In this document: positions 16,601-60,639 of the stretch, one piece after another
Layout of the letters: each line of letters starts with the position of its first letter
Numbering within the stretch: position 1 is the first letter of the stretch
Assembly (NCBI GenBank): GCA_002269645.1
Contig: NIVC01000247.1
Span: 186,001-250,000, forward strand
Length of the DNA: 64,000 bases
Direction of reading: 5' to 3'
Source: Macrostomum lignano
Taxonomy: Eukaryota
Notes under the pieces: model-generated
What the model was told of the DNA's origin: nothing
Databases searched by the model: none
Seen by the model: the letters and a program-made list of their open reading frames with translations, nothing else
Program-made: the position numbers and the translations under genes

Positions 16601-17876
16601 TGCCTGCCTGCGGCGCCAAAGTGAGTGCCTGCCTGCGGCGCCAAAGTGAGTGTCTGCGGCGCCAAAATGGGTGCCTGCCTGCGGCGCCAAAGTGAGTGCC
16701 TGCCTGCGGCGCCAAAGTGAGTGTCTGCGGCGCCAAAATGAGTGCCTGCCTGCGGCGCCAAAGTGAGTGCCTGCCTGCGGCGCCAAAGTGAGTGCCTGCC
16801 TGCGGCGCCAACATGAGTGCCTGCCTGCGGCGCCAACATGAGTGCCTGCCTGCGGCGCCAAAATGAGTGCCTGCCTGCGGCGCCAAAGTGAGTGCCTGCC
16901 TGCGGCGCCAACATGAGTGCCTGCCTGCGGCGCCAAAATGAGTGCCTGCCTGGTGTGCCAACATGAGTGCCTGCCTGCGGCGCCAACATGAGTGCCTGCC
17001 TGCGGCGCCAACATGAGTGCCTGCCTGCGGCGCCAACATGAGTGCCTGCCTGCGGCGCCAACATGAGTGCCTGCCTGCGGCGCAAAATGAGTGCCTGCCT
17101 GGTGTGCCAACATGAGTGCCTGCCTGCGGCGCCAACATGAGTGCCTGCCTGCGGCGCCAAAATGAGTGCCTGCCTGCGGCGCCAAAGTGAGTGCCTGCCT
17201 GCGGCGCCAAAGTGAGTGTCTGCGGCGCCAAAGTGAGTGCCTGCCTGCGGCGCCAAAGTGAGTGCCTGCCTGCGGCGCCAAAGTGAGTGCCTGCCTGCGG
17301 CGCCAAAGTGAGTGCCTTCCTGTGGCGCCAACATGAGTGCCTGCCTGCGGCGCCAACATGAGTGCCTGCCTGCGGCGCCAAAATGAGTGCCTGCCTGCGG
17401 CGCCAACATGAGTGCCTGCCTGCGGCGCCAAAATGAGTGCCTGCCTGCGGCGCCAAAGTGAGTGCCTGCCTGCGGCGCCAAAGTGAGTGTCTGCGGCGCC
17501 AAAATGAGTGCCTGCCTGCGGCGCCAACATGAGTGCCTGCCTGCGGCGCCAACATGAGTGCCTGCCTGCGGCGCCAAAATGAGTGCCTGCCTGGTGTGCC
17601 AACATGAGTGCCTGCCTGCGGCGCCAACATGAGTGCCTGCCTGCGGCGCCAAAATGAGTGCCTGCCTGCGGCGCCAAAGTGAGTGCCTGCCTGCGGCGCC
17701 AAAATGAGTGCCTGCCTGCGGCGCTAAAGTGAGTGCCTGCCTGCGGCGAAAAAATTAGTGTCTCTGACGCCAAAATGAGTGCCTGAGGCGCCAAAGTAAG
17801 TGCCTGCCTGCGGCGCCAAAATGAGTGCCTGCCTGCGGCGCCAAAGTGAGTGCCTGCCTGCGGCGCCAAAATGAGT
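13607..17876. repeat. 25-bp minisatellite array, right arm (same family as 4190-7689)
   Basis: Same unit and the same variant blocks resume immediately after the LINE tail. Confidence 0.97.
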
Positions 17877-18076
17877 AAGTTTTAAACAACGCAGGTTCGA
17901 AAAACAATATCTAGAATGTACACGTAAGTCCATGTAACTGCATAATGTTTTGATTCCCCCCCCCCACCATAAAATCCATGGCGACAGTCCTGACAACATG
18001 AACTCGATCATTTTAATCGCCGAATGACTTTATCTTGGCGTCGCAGGAGACAGGCGTGCATGTTCTGGAACTTTTT

Positions 18077-19198
18077 GTTGTTGTTGTTAAACGAAAGGGT
18101 CCTAAGGGGGGACCCGCGGATCAGCCACACGGAAGGGCTCTGCCGCGAGGGGCACTGCCAGGGGCACAGCATTAGCTGTTTTTAGAGCCCGAGATACCCC
18201 GAGAGATGGAGATTGGGCCCGCGCATAAAGCGCGGGAGGGCGAAGTCGACCCAAGCCTATGGTACAAGACACCGCCAAACCAACAGTGGAATCAGGGACG
18301 GTGCTAGGACCGAGTCCACCCAGGCCACCCCCCCCCCAGCAGACAAGTCCTCGGGAGTGCGCGAAAAACAGAATTGGATTTATTACTAAAAGCCGTCCAA
18401 GAGCGGGTAAACCCAGAAGTCTTGGAAAGGGCTAACTATTGGAGCGAGTCTGGAAGGCTTGTATCCGAGGGCGAGTCTCCTATCAAGAGGTAAACCAGAA
18501 AACCCTCCTATAGGGCTGCAAGCCACAAGGGCATCGCCTATCCAGCTCATTATTGGGGGCCAGGCCAAGGGGTCGGGAAGAGGCACCGGTACGGCACGAA
18601 CATCCTTCCCAGGACACCAATCCACTGTCAGGATGAGAGCCAGAGACACGCAGGCAGGGACCGTCAGCAGGAGCCAGTAGATGGACCCAAGGACAGAGCA
18701 GGATGGACCGGGCAGTGGGCAGAGCTCATAACTCCGAGAAATTGGATGGCTACATAGGCCGGGTTAAGATAAAAACAATACTGTAAAGGACTAAAACATA
18801 GCTGGAGGAGCACCTGAACCCACACAGGCCTCCTCTCAAACCTGTACCCGGCGCTCAGCCTCAGGGCTGGCAGTCTACTGGGTCTACCGTGCACCTTTGT
18901 GAATTGGTCATTTTCTTTCCTGCAGGGCGGGTACGACCGGGGGGCTCAGTCCCGTCCTAGCCACACTGCAGTCCAGATATCCAACTCACTCCGGGCACCC
19001 CCCCCCCTAACCCAGGGCCGATGGCCAAATTATTGGAGTACGAAAAAAGAATAGGGTTTTTATTTTTACCCCTCCGGGGCGGACCCTTAATTATTGGGCT
19101 AGCCGAAGCCAGGCCAATCGGATTGCGCACAACCCTTAGACAAGCTACAAGAGAGGCAACCAGGGTAAAAACAGTCAGAGACCGTCTTTACGGCACTT
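18077..19198 (-). mobile_element. ~1.1-kb retroposed insertion (unclassified; SINE-like or truncated non-LTR)
   Basis: 14-bp direct repeat ttctggaacttttt at 18063-18076 and 19199-19212. An (aac)n tail lies at the minus-strand 3' end (gttgttgttgtt, 18077-18088), with a gggtcc-7nt-ggaccc hairpin next to it. No recognisable RT peptide. Confidence 0.7.
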
Positions 19199-19390
19199 TT
19201 CTGGAACTTTTTAGTCATTACCTCATTAATGCTGTTTGTTATTACTCGTGAGCAAAGCTTTCAAAATTCGCTTTTCGTATCCAAATGAAGTACTTGCTGT
19301 TCGCTTCCCAATCAGTCACTAGAGCTGCCTACCTTGAGCTCTCCTGGGAAGTCTTCGAGTTGATCTAGTAGCGTTGGTAGTGCTGCCACC

Positions 19391-20865
19391 GGGGGGTTTT
19401 ATTAGGCCGAAATTTCACTTTGCCGAAAAATCATTTTAGCAGCCTCTTTCACTAGGCCGAAACTTCACTAGGTCGAAACTTCACTTTGCCGAAATGACTA
19501 GCACGCTCTTTCATAAGGCCGAAACTTCACTAGGCCGAAACTTCACTAGGCCGAAACTTCACTAGGCCGAAACTTCACTTTGCCGAAAAATCATTTTAGC
19601 AGCCTCTTTCACTAGGCCGAAACTTCACTAGGTCGAAACTTCACTTTGCCGAAATGACTAGCACGCTCTTTCATAAGGCCGAAACTTCACTAGGCCGAAA
19701 CTTCACATTGCCGAAAAATCATTTTAGCAGCCTCTTTCACTAGGCCGAAACTTCACTAGGCCGAAACTTCACTTTGCCGAAATGACTAGCACGCTCTTTC
19801 ATAAGGCCGAAACTTCACTAGGCCGAAACTTCACTTTGCCGAAATGACTAGCACGCTCTTTCATAAGGACGAAACCATTTTAGGAGCCTCTTTCACTAGG
19901 CCGAAACTTCACTTTGCCGAAAAAAACATTTTCACTAGGCCGAAACTTCACTTTGCCGAAAAAAACATTTTCACTAGGCCGAAACTAACATGGTAACATG
20001 AAACTGAATCTTTAATCGTTAATAATTATTATCGTTATATTATTATTATTATAATTATTTTTATTGATTAATAACTAATCACTGTTATTAATCATTAATC
20101 ATTAAACAGACCTTAGAGATCTAGAACTAGAACCTGCTAGATCCACGAGTCCTTGCACAGACCAATAACAGACAACAGGACCAGGCCTGCATAAGGCTCG
20201 TTCCCGCTAGCGGCTAGACTGAAGGGTATGAGCGAGCAATTTAAGAAAGAAATGGGGAAGATAGGAGAGACAATATGGGGGCATATAAAAAATCATATAC
20301 TATTGTACATTGTCTTTTTGATACTAAAAACATACGGGTTGAATTTCACAGAAGCCAAAGAATTAGAGACTAAGAGCCATGCATATTCTATGAATCGGAA
20401 TCCAGGCAAATCTGCATACTTTCAAAGGAGCCTTAAAACAACATACGAGCACTCTACAACTCAAAAGTCCATCCGACTGGGACAGAAAATGCAATGAAGA
20501 TAATAAGAAATCAAAGTTAACCCCAAATGAAGTCAGGAATGTCAAAAATATTCCATACAAAAAACTGAGTGACCATATCGTGCTCCCACTTTAGTAGCAG
20601 TAACACTTAGGTCAAAATAAATAAACTGATGCAGAGAAATCGTCACTGCTTGCTTGCGGTTCCATTTTGGACGCTTAAGTTCACATCCCCTTTCGACCAT
20701 AGTAAGGAGGCTGCTAAAATGATTTTCGGCAATGTGAAGTTTCGGCCTAGTGAAGTTTCGGCCTTATGAAAGAGCGTGCTAGTCATTTCGGCAAAGTGAA
20801 GTTTCGGCCTAGTGAAAGAGGCTGCTTTTCGGCGAAGTGAAATTTCGGCCTAATGAAAGCGCCCC
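19391..20865. mobile_element. Foldback-like TIR element with modular internally repeated arms
   Basis: The left arm 19391-~19985 is made of ggccgaaacttcacta modules, and the right arm ~20707-20865 is their reverse complement. Termini are GGGG...CCCC. 8-bp TSD ctgccacc at 19383-19390 and 20866-20873. Confidence 0.85.
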
Positions 20866-21354
20866 CTGCCACCAGCTCCGCAGAGTTGCAGCCTTCGGTG
20901 AGGTGCCGAGCTCTTTGAAGCAAATAACTAAGACGAGAGAGAAAGTCAAGCACTTCGTGCGGATTTAGCAGCCCTCGAGCAGAAGCGTCCCTGCCGGGCG
21001 AGTGCGGGGTAAGAGCGATAGTGCTAGCTTCGGGCGATCTAAGCTGCACTGTTAATAGATAGCAGGAGCAATTAGAAGCAGGCACGCGCAAAGTCGGGAG
21101 ACTGGGCAGTTCAACTTAAACACAACTTAGAGACTCGGGCTAGAGAGGCGGAACGGGAAGGACGAAACGGAAAGATATAGAGGAGGACGCCGAAACGCTT
21201 GTCTGAGCCAAGCCATGAAGGGGGTCTGCATTTATAGAGGGAAATCGATTGCACCATAAAATGAAGGACCCCCCGTCGCGAGTCACCATAATAAAAACAC
21301 TATGGAGATACAGAAGGATTGTAGAAGAAAGATTTTATCTCTATAGTGTTTTTA

Positions 21355-21625
21355 GGCGTTGTGAAATTTAGGTCTTGTAAAATTCAAGTCTTGTGAAATT
21401 TAGGTCTTGTAAAATTTAGGTCTTGTGAAATTTAGGTCTTGTGAAATTTAGGTCTTGTGAAATTTAGGTCTTGTGAAATTCAGGTCTTGTGAAATTTAGA
21501 TCTTATGAAATTTACGGCTTATGAAATTTAGGGCTTGTGAAATTTAGGTCTTGTGAAATTCAGGTCTTGTGAAATTTAGGTCTTGTGAAATTCAGGTCTT
21601 GTGAAATTTAGGTCTTGTGAAATCT
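21355..21625. repeat. 16-bp tandem repeat (ttgtgaaatttaggtc)
   Basis: Visible tandem units. Confidence 0.9.
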
Positions 21626-22820
21626 GCTGCATTGCTTATTTTTGACGTTGTGAAAATTAGGGTTTATGAAACGACCCTGCCAGAGGACAGGCGAGAAGGG
21701 ACAGACAACTGCCCAGCGGCAGACAGAAGCCTGGGGCGAGGGCGAAGGGAACAGCTGACTAGTGCGGCGCCTAACTAAACTATCGACTCACAACACAACT
21801 CTGATCATAAAATTTTTCTGATAGATCGAGTGGCCATGCAGACTTGGTAGACCGTTCAATAATTATCGATTCAGTTTTGCTCAGCTCAGTTGCGCTCTGT
21901 TTTCTTTCTCTAACAGAATTTTTTTCTTCTCAAATACAACACCAGTAACTTTGGGAATTGGAATTGTCTACGGGTGCTCGTAATAGCCTGCAAATGGTCT
22001 GCAAAAAATATTGTACATGTATACGAGCGTAGCTATACTTATATGCTTTACTTCTTTGCAGCTGCGCTTCTGCTAAACGTTTCTATACGAGTATAGCCAC
22101 TGCCTTTACCCGATCAGGTTCATAAAAGTATACTCAATATTGCAGGGGGCAAGTGTTGTATTGTCACAAAGGGCATTACCCACAGAATTTCTTAATAGAA
22201 AGAGAAGGCGCAACATTCAGAAGGAGGAGGACGCACTACTTCAAATATATCAGCCATGCCTTCAGACCTCGAGTCCCCAGCGGTGCCAGCAGCCGACGAT
22301 GTCAGCGAGCAGCTCAGCAGTAGCCCGACAGTCACCTGCAGCCCCATCGTTGCGGCCTGGGACGCAGAGCCCATGCCAGTCTCGGGCAGATTGTCAGGTG
22401 GGGTCGTGAGCTTCTGCGATTGCTTAAGCATTACCGTAGTCTGAGACCTTTCCGACAGGCCCTGTCTGCATGCTGAAATTCTTTCTCCGGCTTTTCAGAG
22501 TCACTTTCGCAACCTGATGGGGCTGATCAGGGATTGCATCTGCATCACAATTTGTAAATTGATGTAGCTCGTATTGTAACTATAAGACTCAATTTTTGTA
22601 CAGAAGAGATAGCATAAACTATTGGCTTTTCATTGCACACCCATCACCTAGATTCATTTATTAAATGTTAATAGTTAATGCATTCACATGTAAACGTCAA
22701 AATTCATGTACATGCTCATATTGGTGATCAACAAAAAGTGACTAAAATACTGTTAGAAGAAAATAAAGATGTGATTCACTGTGATTCCTTAAATTTACAT
22801 GAAACTGCTCAATGTTAAAT

Positions 22821-23372
22821 GAGGCGCTAAAATGAGTGCCTGCCTGCGGCGCTAAAATGAGTGCCTGCCTGCGGCGCTAAAATGAGTGCCTGCCTGCGGC
22901 GCTAAAATGAGTGCCTGTGGCGCTAAAATGAGTGGCTAAAGCGGCAAAATGAGTGCCTGTGGCATCAAAATGACTGCCTGCGGCGCCAAAATGAGTGCCT
23001 GCCTGCGGCGCTAAAATGAGTGACTGCAGCGCCACAATGAATGCCTATGGCGCCAAAATGAGTGCCCTGCGGCGCCAAAATGAGTGCCTGCCTGTGGCGT
23101 CAAAATGAGTGCCCTGCGGCGCCAAAATGAGTGCCTGACTGCGGTGCCAAATGCCCTGCGGCGCCAAAAAAGTGCCTGCGGCGTCAAAATGAGTGCCCTG
23201 CGGCCCAAAAATGAGTTCCTACCCCGCAAAAATGAGTACTTTATGAATTTAAGTCCATCATGTTTCATTTTAGTGTTTTGCTTTGTCCCCACCACAAAAT
23301 CCATGGCGACGACAGCCTTGACAATATGGGCTCATTTTATCGCCGAATTACTATATTTTGGCGTCGCAGGAG
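22821..23372. repeat. Short, degenerate copy of the 25-bp minisatellite plus shared unique flank
   Basis: gcggcgc(t/c)aaaatgagtgcc units followed by ccccaccacaaaatccatggcgac...ttggcgtcgcaggag, matching 17960-18049. Confidence 0.85.
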
Positions 23373-23760
23373 TGCAGGTTTCAGAATTTTTCAATCAATA
23401 TTTATGCAGCTGTTGTTTTGTCAACAAAACTACAAAATCGACTAGCTTCTCGCTTTTTGTATCTAACTCTAATATAAATTATACTTTGGCTTTTCTCATG
23501 CCCCTACTAACAGTAGGCTAAATAGAACGAGTTTTGTCTTTTTAAACGGCCGTTTCCTATTGGTTGAGAGAGAGGGAATCCCTTGAGGTTGAATAGAAAG
23601 CTGAGGTCATGAATATATATGCCTAGATTTTCTTAAGCGAAAGACCAAGCAAGACAAGACAGAAAAGATAGAGAAGAACTTTCTGATAGTGATTGTGAGC
23701 TCTAGTAGATTGATTTACTCTTGAGTCATTCGTTCATTCAGCAAAACCAGTTTAAAAATA

Positions 23761-26725
23761 ATGTCGGTGAAATTCATCATCCGAGTCTGCCTGCTGTTCC
23801 TGCTGGGCGTCGGCGTCAGCCTGCTGATTAACGTGATCCAGGCTCAGCGGAGTCACACTTTGATCACCTCGGAGTGGCTCGGCCTCATCAAGTCAGGCAT
23901 GTGGGTGCCGCCCGTATGCGGCATCTCTTCTGGTGAGTTTCTGGTTTATCTGCGCTATTAACAGACTTAGGAAGGGATTTCTAAGAAATTTCTTGACTTT
24001 TTCTTTCTCGTCTTGACGACTGAAGTCACTGAACAAGCCAAGAAATGTCATTTTCAAATTTTCTTATGTCAATCAATTTTGAATTTTGTGACTGGTGAGT
24101 CGTGACTCACTAAGCCACTAAGACAAAAACTCTGGACTCAAAGCTACTACTGACCCAAACTGAAGGTTTGCTGACCTAATTAAAATTCGTTACGATTAGG
24201 TGTGTTGATTAACGATGCTTTTTTGATGTTTGATACTCGATTTTTATGCCAAAATCAAATCCTAGGATTAAAGAAAGCGAGTCATCCAAAGCGATTACAG
24301 GAGAAAGGAGTTATTAATACGAAATATTAGAAAACATTAGAGAACGTTATATTTTTTAGTCCAGACATTCAGACAAAACGAGCAATCACAGAGAATGAAT
24401 ACTTTGAGGTCCCCTGTCCTTGCTTGTGTCTCCATCTCACTTTGGCTTACAGTTTGTAGTGCCATCATTGTACGGGCTAAATTTAGAACATGGGGTGGGG
24501 CTGGTGGGGTGAGCGCGCTGGGGATTCCCCTGAGGTCCCACTCTGACCTTGGTTTATTCTTCTAAATGGTCGGCTAAGCGTTGGATTTCCCGGCCAACCA
24601 AGTTCGCCCGTCCTCCCCCCACTCTCCCTCCCCCGACGGGTGGGGTGAAATAAAACGCGACACGCGAGAAGACGCGCACAGCCACGTATTGATGGCGTGA
24701 TGCGACGCGAAAGAGGAGGGGAGGGAGGGGGGGTTCCCTCAGCTGTGGCGTGTTTGGCCCCCAAAGTACGCATTGAGGCGATTTGCGCCGCGCCCACCCT
24801 AAGAACCAGGGAGTTCTAGAAAAGTCCATCTACAATAGTGATAGGGCTGTTTGCTTTAGATTGGAAGACTTAACAGAAAAAACAGGTAGCCAAAATAGAT
24901 TAGCAGCTTTGAAAACTTCTCTGTGAATTTGATTCTAATTTGTAAACGTTTGGACTCGTTTTAAGGCTAAATAAATTTCCTATCTCCACAAACACGGCGG
25001 TACAAAATAAATATCAAATAACTTTGCAAAAAGATTTGAAGTTGTTTAAGGTCAAATGCAGAATAAAAAGTTTTTATGCATTCAATTAGTAAAGTTAGTT
25101 TTATTATAGAACTATTATGCTTTAATTATGCAATAATTGATTGGTTCAGCCTTTAAATTTAAAGAGCTCTTGCTTTTGCTGCAGTAGTGACTCTAGTGAG
25201 TGATCCTGAGGTTTCAGGTTTGGTACATACATGTATGTACCGTACGGCGTACATAACTGTCATTATTGATTATTTTGTGAAAAATATACGAATAAAAAAT
25301 GCGTTCACTCTAATAGTCTAATGTCCCTCTCTTCTCAGCTCATGGCATCAAAAGTATCATTTCTACTTGCTTGGCTAATGGCTTGCAGAGTTGCAGAAAA
25401 AAGTAATGCTCTGTCGTCTGTACCCAGACCAGATTTCTAGTTTGAGCTGCCCATATGCACTCCATGCCCTCTTTGGGAGTATCATAAGAATGACACGCCA
25501 CTCTACACTCAACTTAAATTTGTGGTGCGGACCTGGGGGGCGCCTGGCCATTTTCTCAGTTCGCCCGCACTCTACATTCAGTCTGGGGGTGGTGGGTGTT
25601 TGTCCAATGTACATTGTACCCTGTGCAAAGCGCGCAGCTGAACTTGGGCGGCGGGGTTGACAAAATAGCCTGACTTTTAAAGGAACGGGTAAAGTCGTTT
25701 GCGTTACAGTCTGGAGTTTTTTAAATCGCGTGACACTTGAACGGTTTGAACTGGGTGGGCTGAAAAACAAACAGTTCAATGAGTTTCTCCACTTCAATCT
25801 TATTTAAAGTAATTAAAGACAGTGGCGCTGCATCAGCACAGGCTGAACAGTCCGTTACGGACCTACAGAAAAGTCCTACAGGCTTTTGCAGTTCGCATGA
25901 ATTGACTTGCTGATATTTACAAGTTTGCCCTTTAATACTTGAAAATTGTCACGTGTTACAAGCTGTAATATTTCTGATTTCTAATTAAACACGGTCTTAT
26001 CACAAGCAGATAACGTGGGTGGGCGGCAGTCGGGGCGCTTGGCTTTCAAAAATGGTGCTATTTTTATTCTTTATACACAAACGCATAAACTTTGGGCTTG
26101 GCATATCACGGGTCCAAGTCTGAAAGCAATTTAAAAAGCAATATAAATCACATGTCACGCGTCAAGTACAAAGTACAATGATCTGCCTGAAAGTGTAGCA
26201 ATTATTAACGGAAATTTAAGAAAGTTTTTTTATCGTTCAATCGTGTTTCTCATTTTATTTCATCATTCAGTGCTCATCGGACTGCTCTATCCGACTCTGG
26301 ACCATCAGCTTGGCAACCCAGTCACTGATCAGCACAACGATTGGACCTCGGTGATTCGATGCGTAGCCCTGTTCGTGGGCCTGAACCACGCCACAGCCAA
26401 GATTGACTTCATGTCGCACGAGCAGCTCAGCCTGTGCCTGGCCACCATGAGCCTGGGCCTCTGGTTCTACTTCGATGGCTCCCGGCCCGGCCTGGGACTC
26501 AGCCTGGTCATCGCCCTGCTGGCCAGCGCCGTGAACCAGCTCATGATCTGTCTTGACGCCTATCGCCCGTCCGTGGACTTTCTTCACGTCCGCGCCTGGC
26601 TGCCCTGCATCTTTTTCAGCGGCTCAGTCACGGTGGGCCTCATCGGCCGGCAGCTGGCTAAGAGCGAGTACCTCGGCTCGGTTAGCGACTCGTTTCGAGC
26701 TGGACTCAAAGCGCATCAGGAATGA
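23761..26725 (+). CDS. INSIG: Insulin-induced gene protein (INSIG family), 2 coding exons: 23761-23932, 26271-26725; 208 aa
   Basis: Exon 1 encodes RVCLLFLLGVGVSLLINVIQAQR...WVPPVCG. Exon 2 encodes IGLLYP.LDHQLG, WTSVIRCVALFVGLNHATAKIDF, LSLCLATMSLGLW, DFLHVRAWLPCIFFSGSVTVGLIGRQLA. These match vertebrate INSIG1/2 as recalled. The phase-1 GT-AG intron (g|gtgagt ... ttcag|tg) keeps the frame. Confidence 0.95.
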
Positions 26726-28728
26726 TTTGAGTTGAACTGGACTCAGCCATTCGTTTACTCTGCGTTGAGTTTGTTATTTTTCCCAAAGCCGATATGTATC
26801 GAAAAGACGCATTATTTGTCATTTTCCGTAAGCCGATATGTATCGAAAAGACCCTTTATTCAATTGTCATTTTTTCCTGAGTCGCTTTAAAGCAAATTTG
26901 AACCATTTTATTCGTTGTTTAAATTTCTGTTGTCTATCCCGAAACAATTAATTTTTTGTTTCTGCATTTCCTTTGCCTGTCTCCAGATCTGAATGCCCTT
27001 CATGAGTTACTGTCAGTAGTGCCTGCATTGTCTGATGCAATTCGGTTTTACTAAGAATTAAGCAACTAATATTTCTCTGTGAACATTTTTATTCATCAGA
27101 TATTATAGATCATATCCGCCTTTGTCTCCTTGTCCGTCATGTCATTAAGCTTTGAGGAAAAAATGTAAGGTTTAATCATTATACCAAAATGTTAGTTAAT
27201 TATATTTCGCAATGCACTGTATAGTTTTCAACTCATATTGCCATGCTCATATTAATTAAAGATCAGACAGACATTTTCGGCATGATTGTCACAATCCCGG
27301 TTAACTGGTACAATAATTGTTTGTCATTTGCAGTTCATTTATTCTCTAAAAAATAAGAAATAGTTGAAGTAATATATTACTTCACAGGTTTGCGATGTGT
27401 AAAAAGTTGAAGTGTAATACACTGTCTGTATTTTGGTTGCGGCTATTTATTTTCATAAATATAAAAGCTTCAAACTCAATCAGTATAGATATTTAATTTG
27501 GTGTGATTAAATTACAATTACTGATGCTGTTTCTGTAGAGTGTAAATGTGCATGAAATAATTAATGCATACGCCAGTGTACGCTCGTATATACTTTAGGC
27601 CATTAGGGTACTTTATACATGTATTAACATCATTTCTGCAACCATCATGGTGTATTTGCTACTGAGACTGAGAGTCTCAACGAGACACGGATCTTCTTAA
27701 AAATCAAAAGGGTGCGACAGCTTTGGGGCTTCGTGTTTGTATGCCTAAATAATTGATTGGATTTCCATTTACATCATAAAATTTTTAAATTCAAGTTAAA
27801 GTTGACAACTTATTCATTCGGTTAGTGAAGACTTCAATTGCATGCAGTGTCATTTTTATTTAGGATTTTACAGATTGCTGCAGTCGTGTGAGATTTTTGC
27901 GAAGACAAAAATACAAGCATGCATAATTTGTATGCAAACATACATGTACATGTATGCAAAATATGCAAAACGGTTGTCTTTTGTAAATTATATGCAAAGA
28001 TTAAATTTCTAAAGCTGGATTATTACGATGTGAGTCGATTTATACGTATACGTAAAACATTAAAAGGAAAGAAAAGGTTAAAAAGAAATAAAAAAGCATA
28101 ATCTAGAACAAGCTGCAATGTTATGCAATGTTATGTGTCTCACATAACATGGACAAGAAGCTCGTACAGTGCATGTAGTCACAGTCTCTATGCGCATGGT
28201 GTCGTTCAATATGTTACTATCTGTTGAAGTCTCATTATGTCCGGTTATCGTAGTTTTGTGTGGGTTTTTTTTAAAAAGACGCTATAATTTATTATTTTCT
28301 ATTCGTGTAGCAATTTGGTGAAGCTAGGGCGAAATTTTGTAGAATTGTCCGGATTTAATACTTGTTAGTCACGTGAGGTAGATAAAACAAAAACCAATAT
28401 TATTAATAGGCATTTAACTCTGTCACAAAATGCTGATTTTAAATTAAAAAATAAGATTTTACAGTTAAAAATTGATAGTTTTAAAATTCAACTTTTTAGG
28501 ACTTAACTTCAAACGTTGCTACTCGCTTAGTTGAGCGATAATTCGAATTACTTAATATTGAAAGCATTTTTATGCGTGGCCACTGTGCGCTTCGTAACCT
28601 TTCTTTCAGGATTCGGATAAATATTTACCAATTTGACTTTTCAACCATCTGAGTAGAGAGAAAATAGACATAAATAATCCAGTTGCAATAGCGAAGTACA
28701 AACTTTGCATTGCGTCCGCTTTCAGAAT

Positions 28729-60575
<31,847 letters not shown>

Positions 60576-60639
60576 GTGAGTGATGAAGCAATGAAAATTC
60601 AGGATCAAATCGTTGCCTTTTAGGTTATTTACAACAAAT

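Noticed and set aside
22140-22560. GC-richer patch with short ORFs on both strands
   Set aside because: No recognisable domain and no consistent splice signals or frame.
24480-24830. GC-rich island in the INSIG intron with G-runs
   Set aside because: It is probably a repeat remnant, but there is no convincing TIR, TSD, tail or coding signal.
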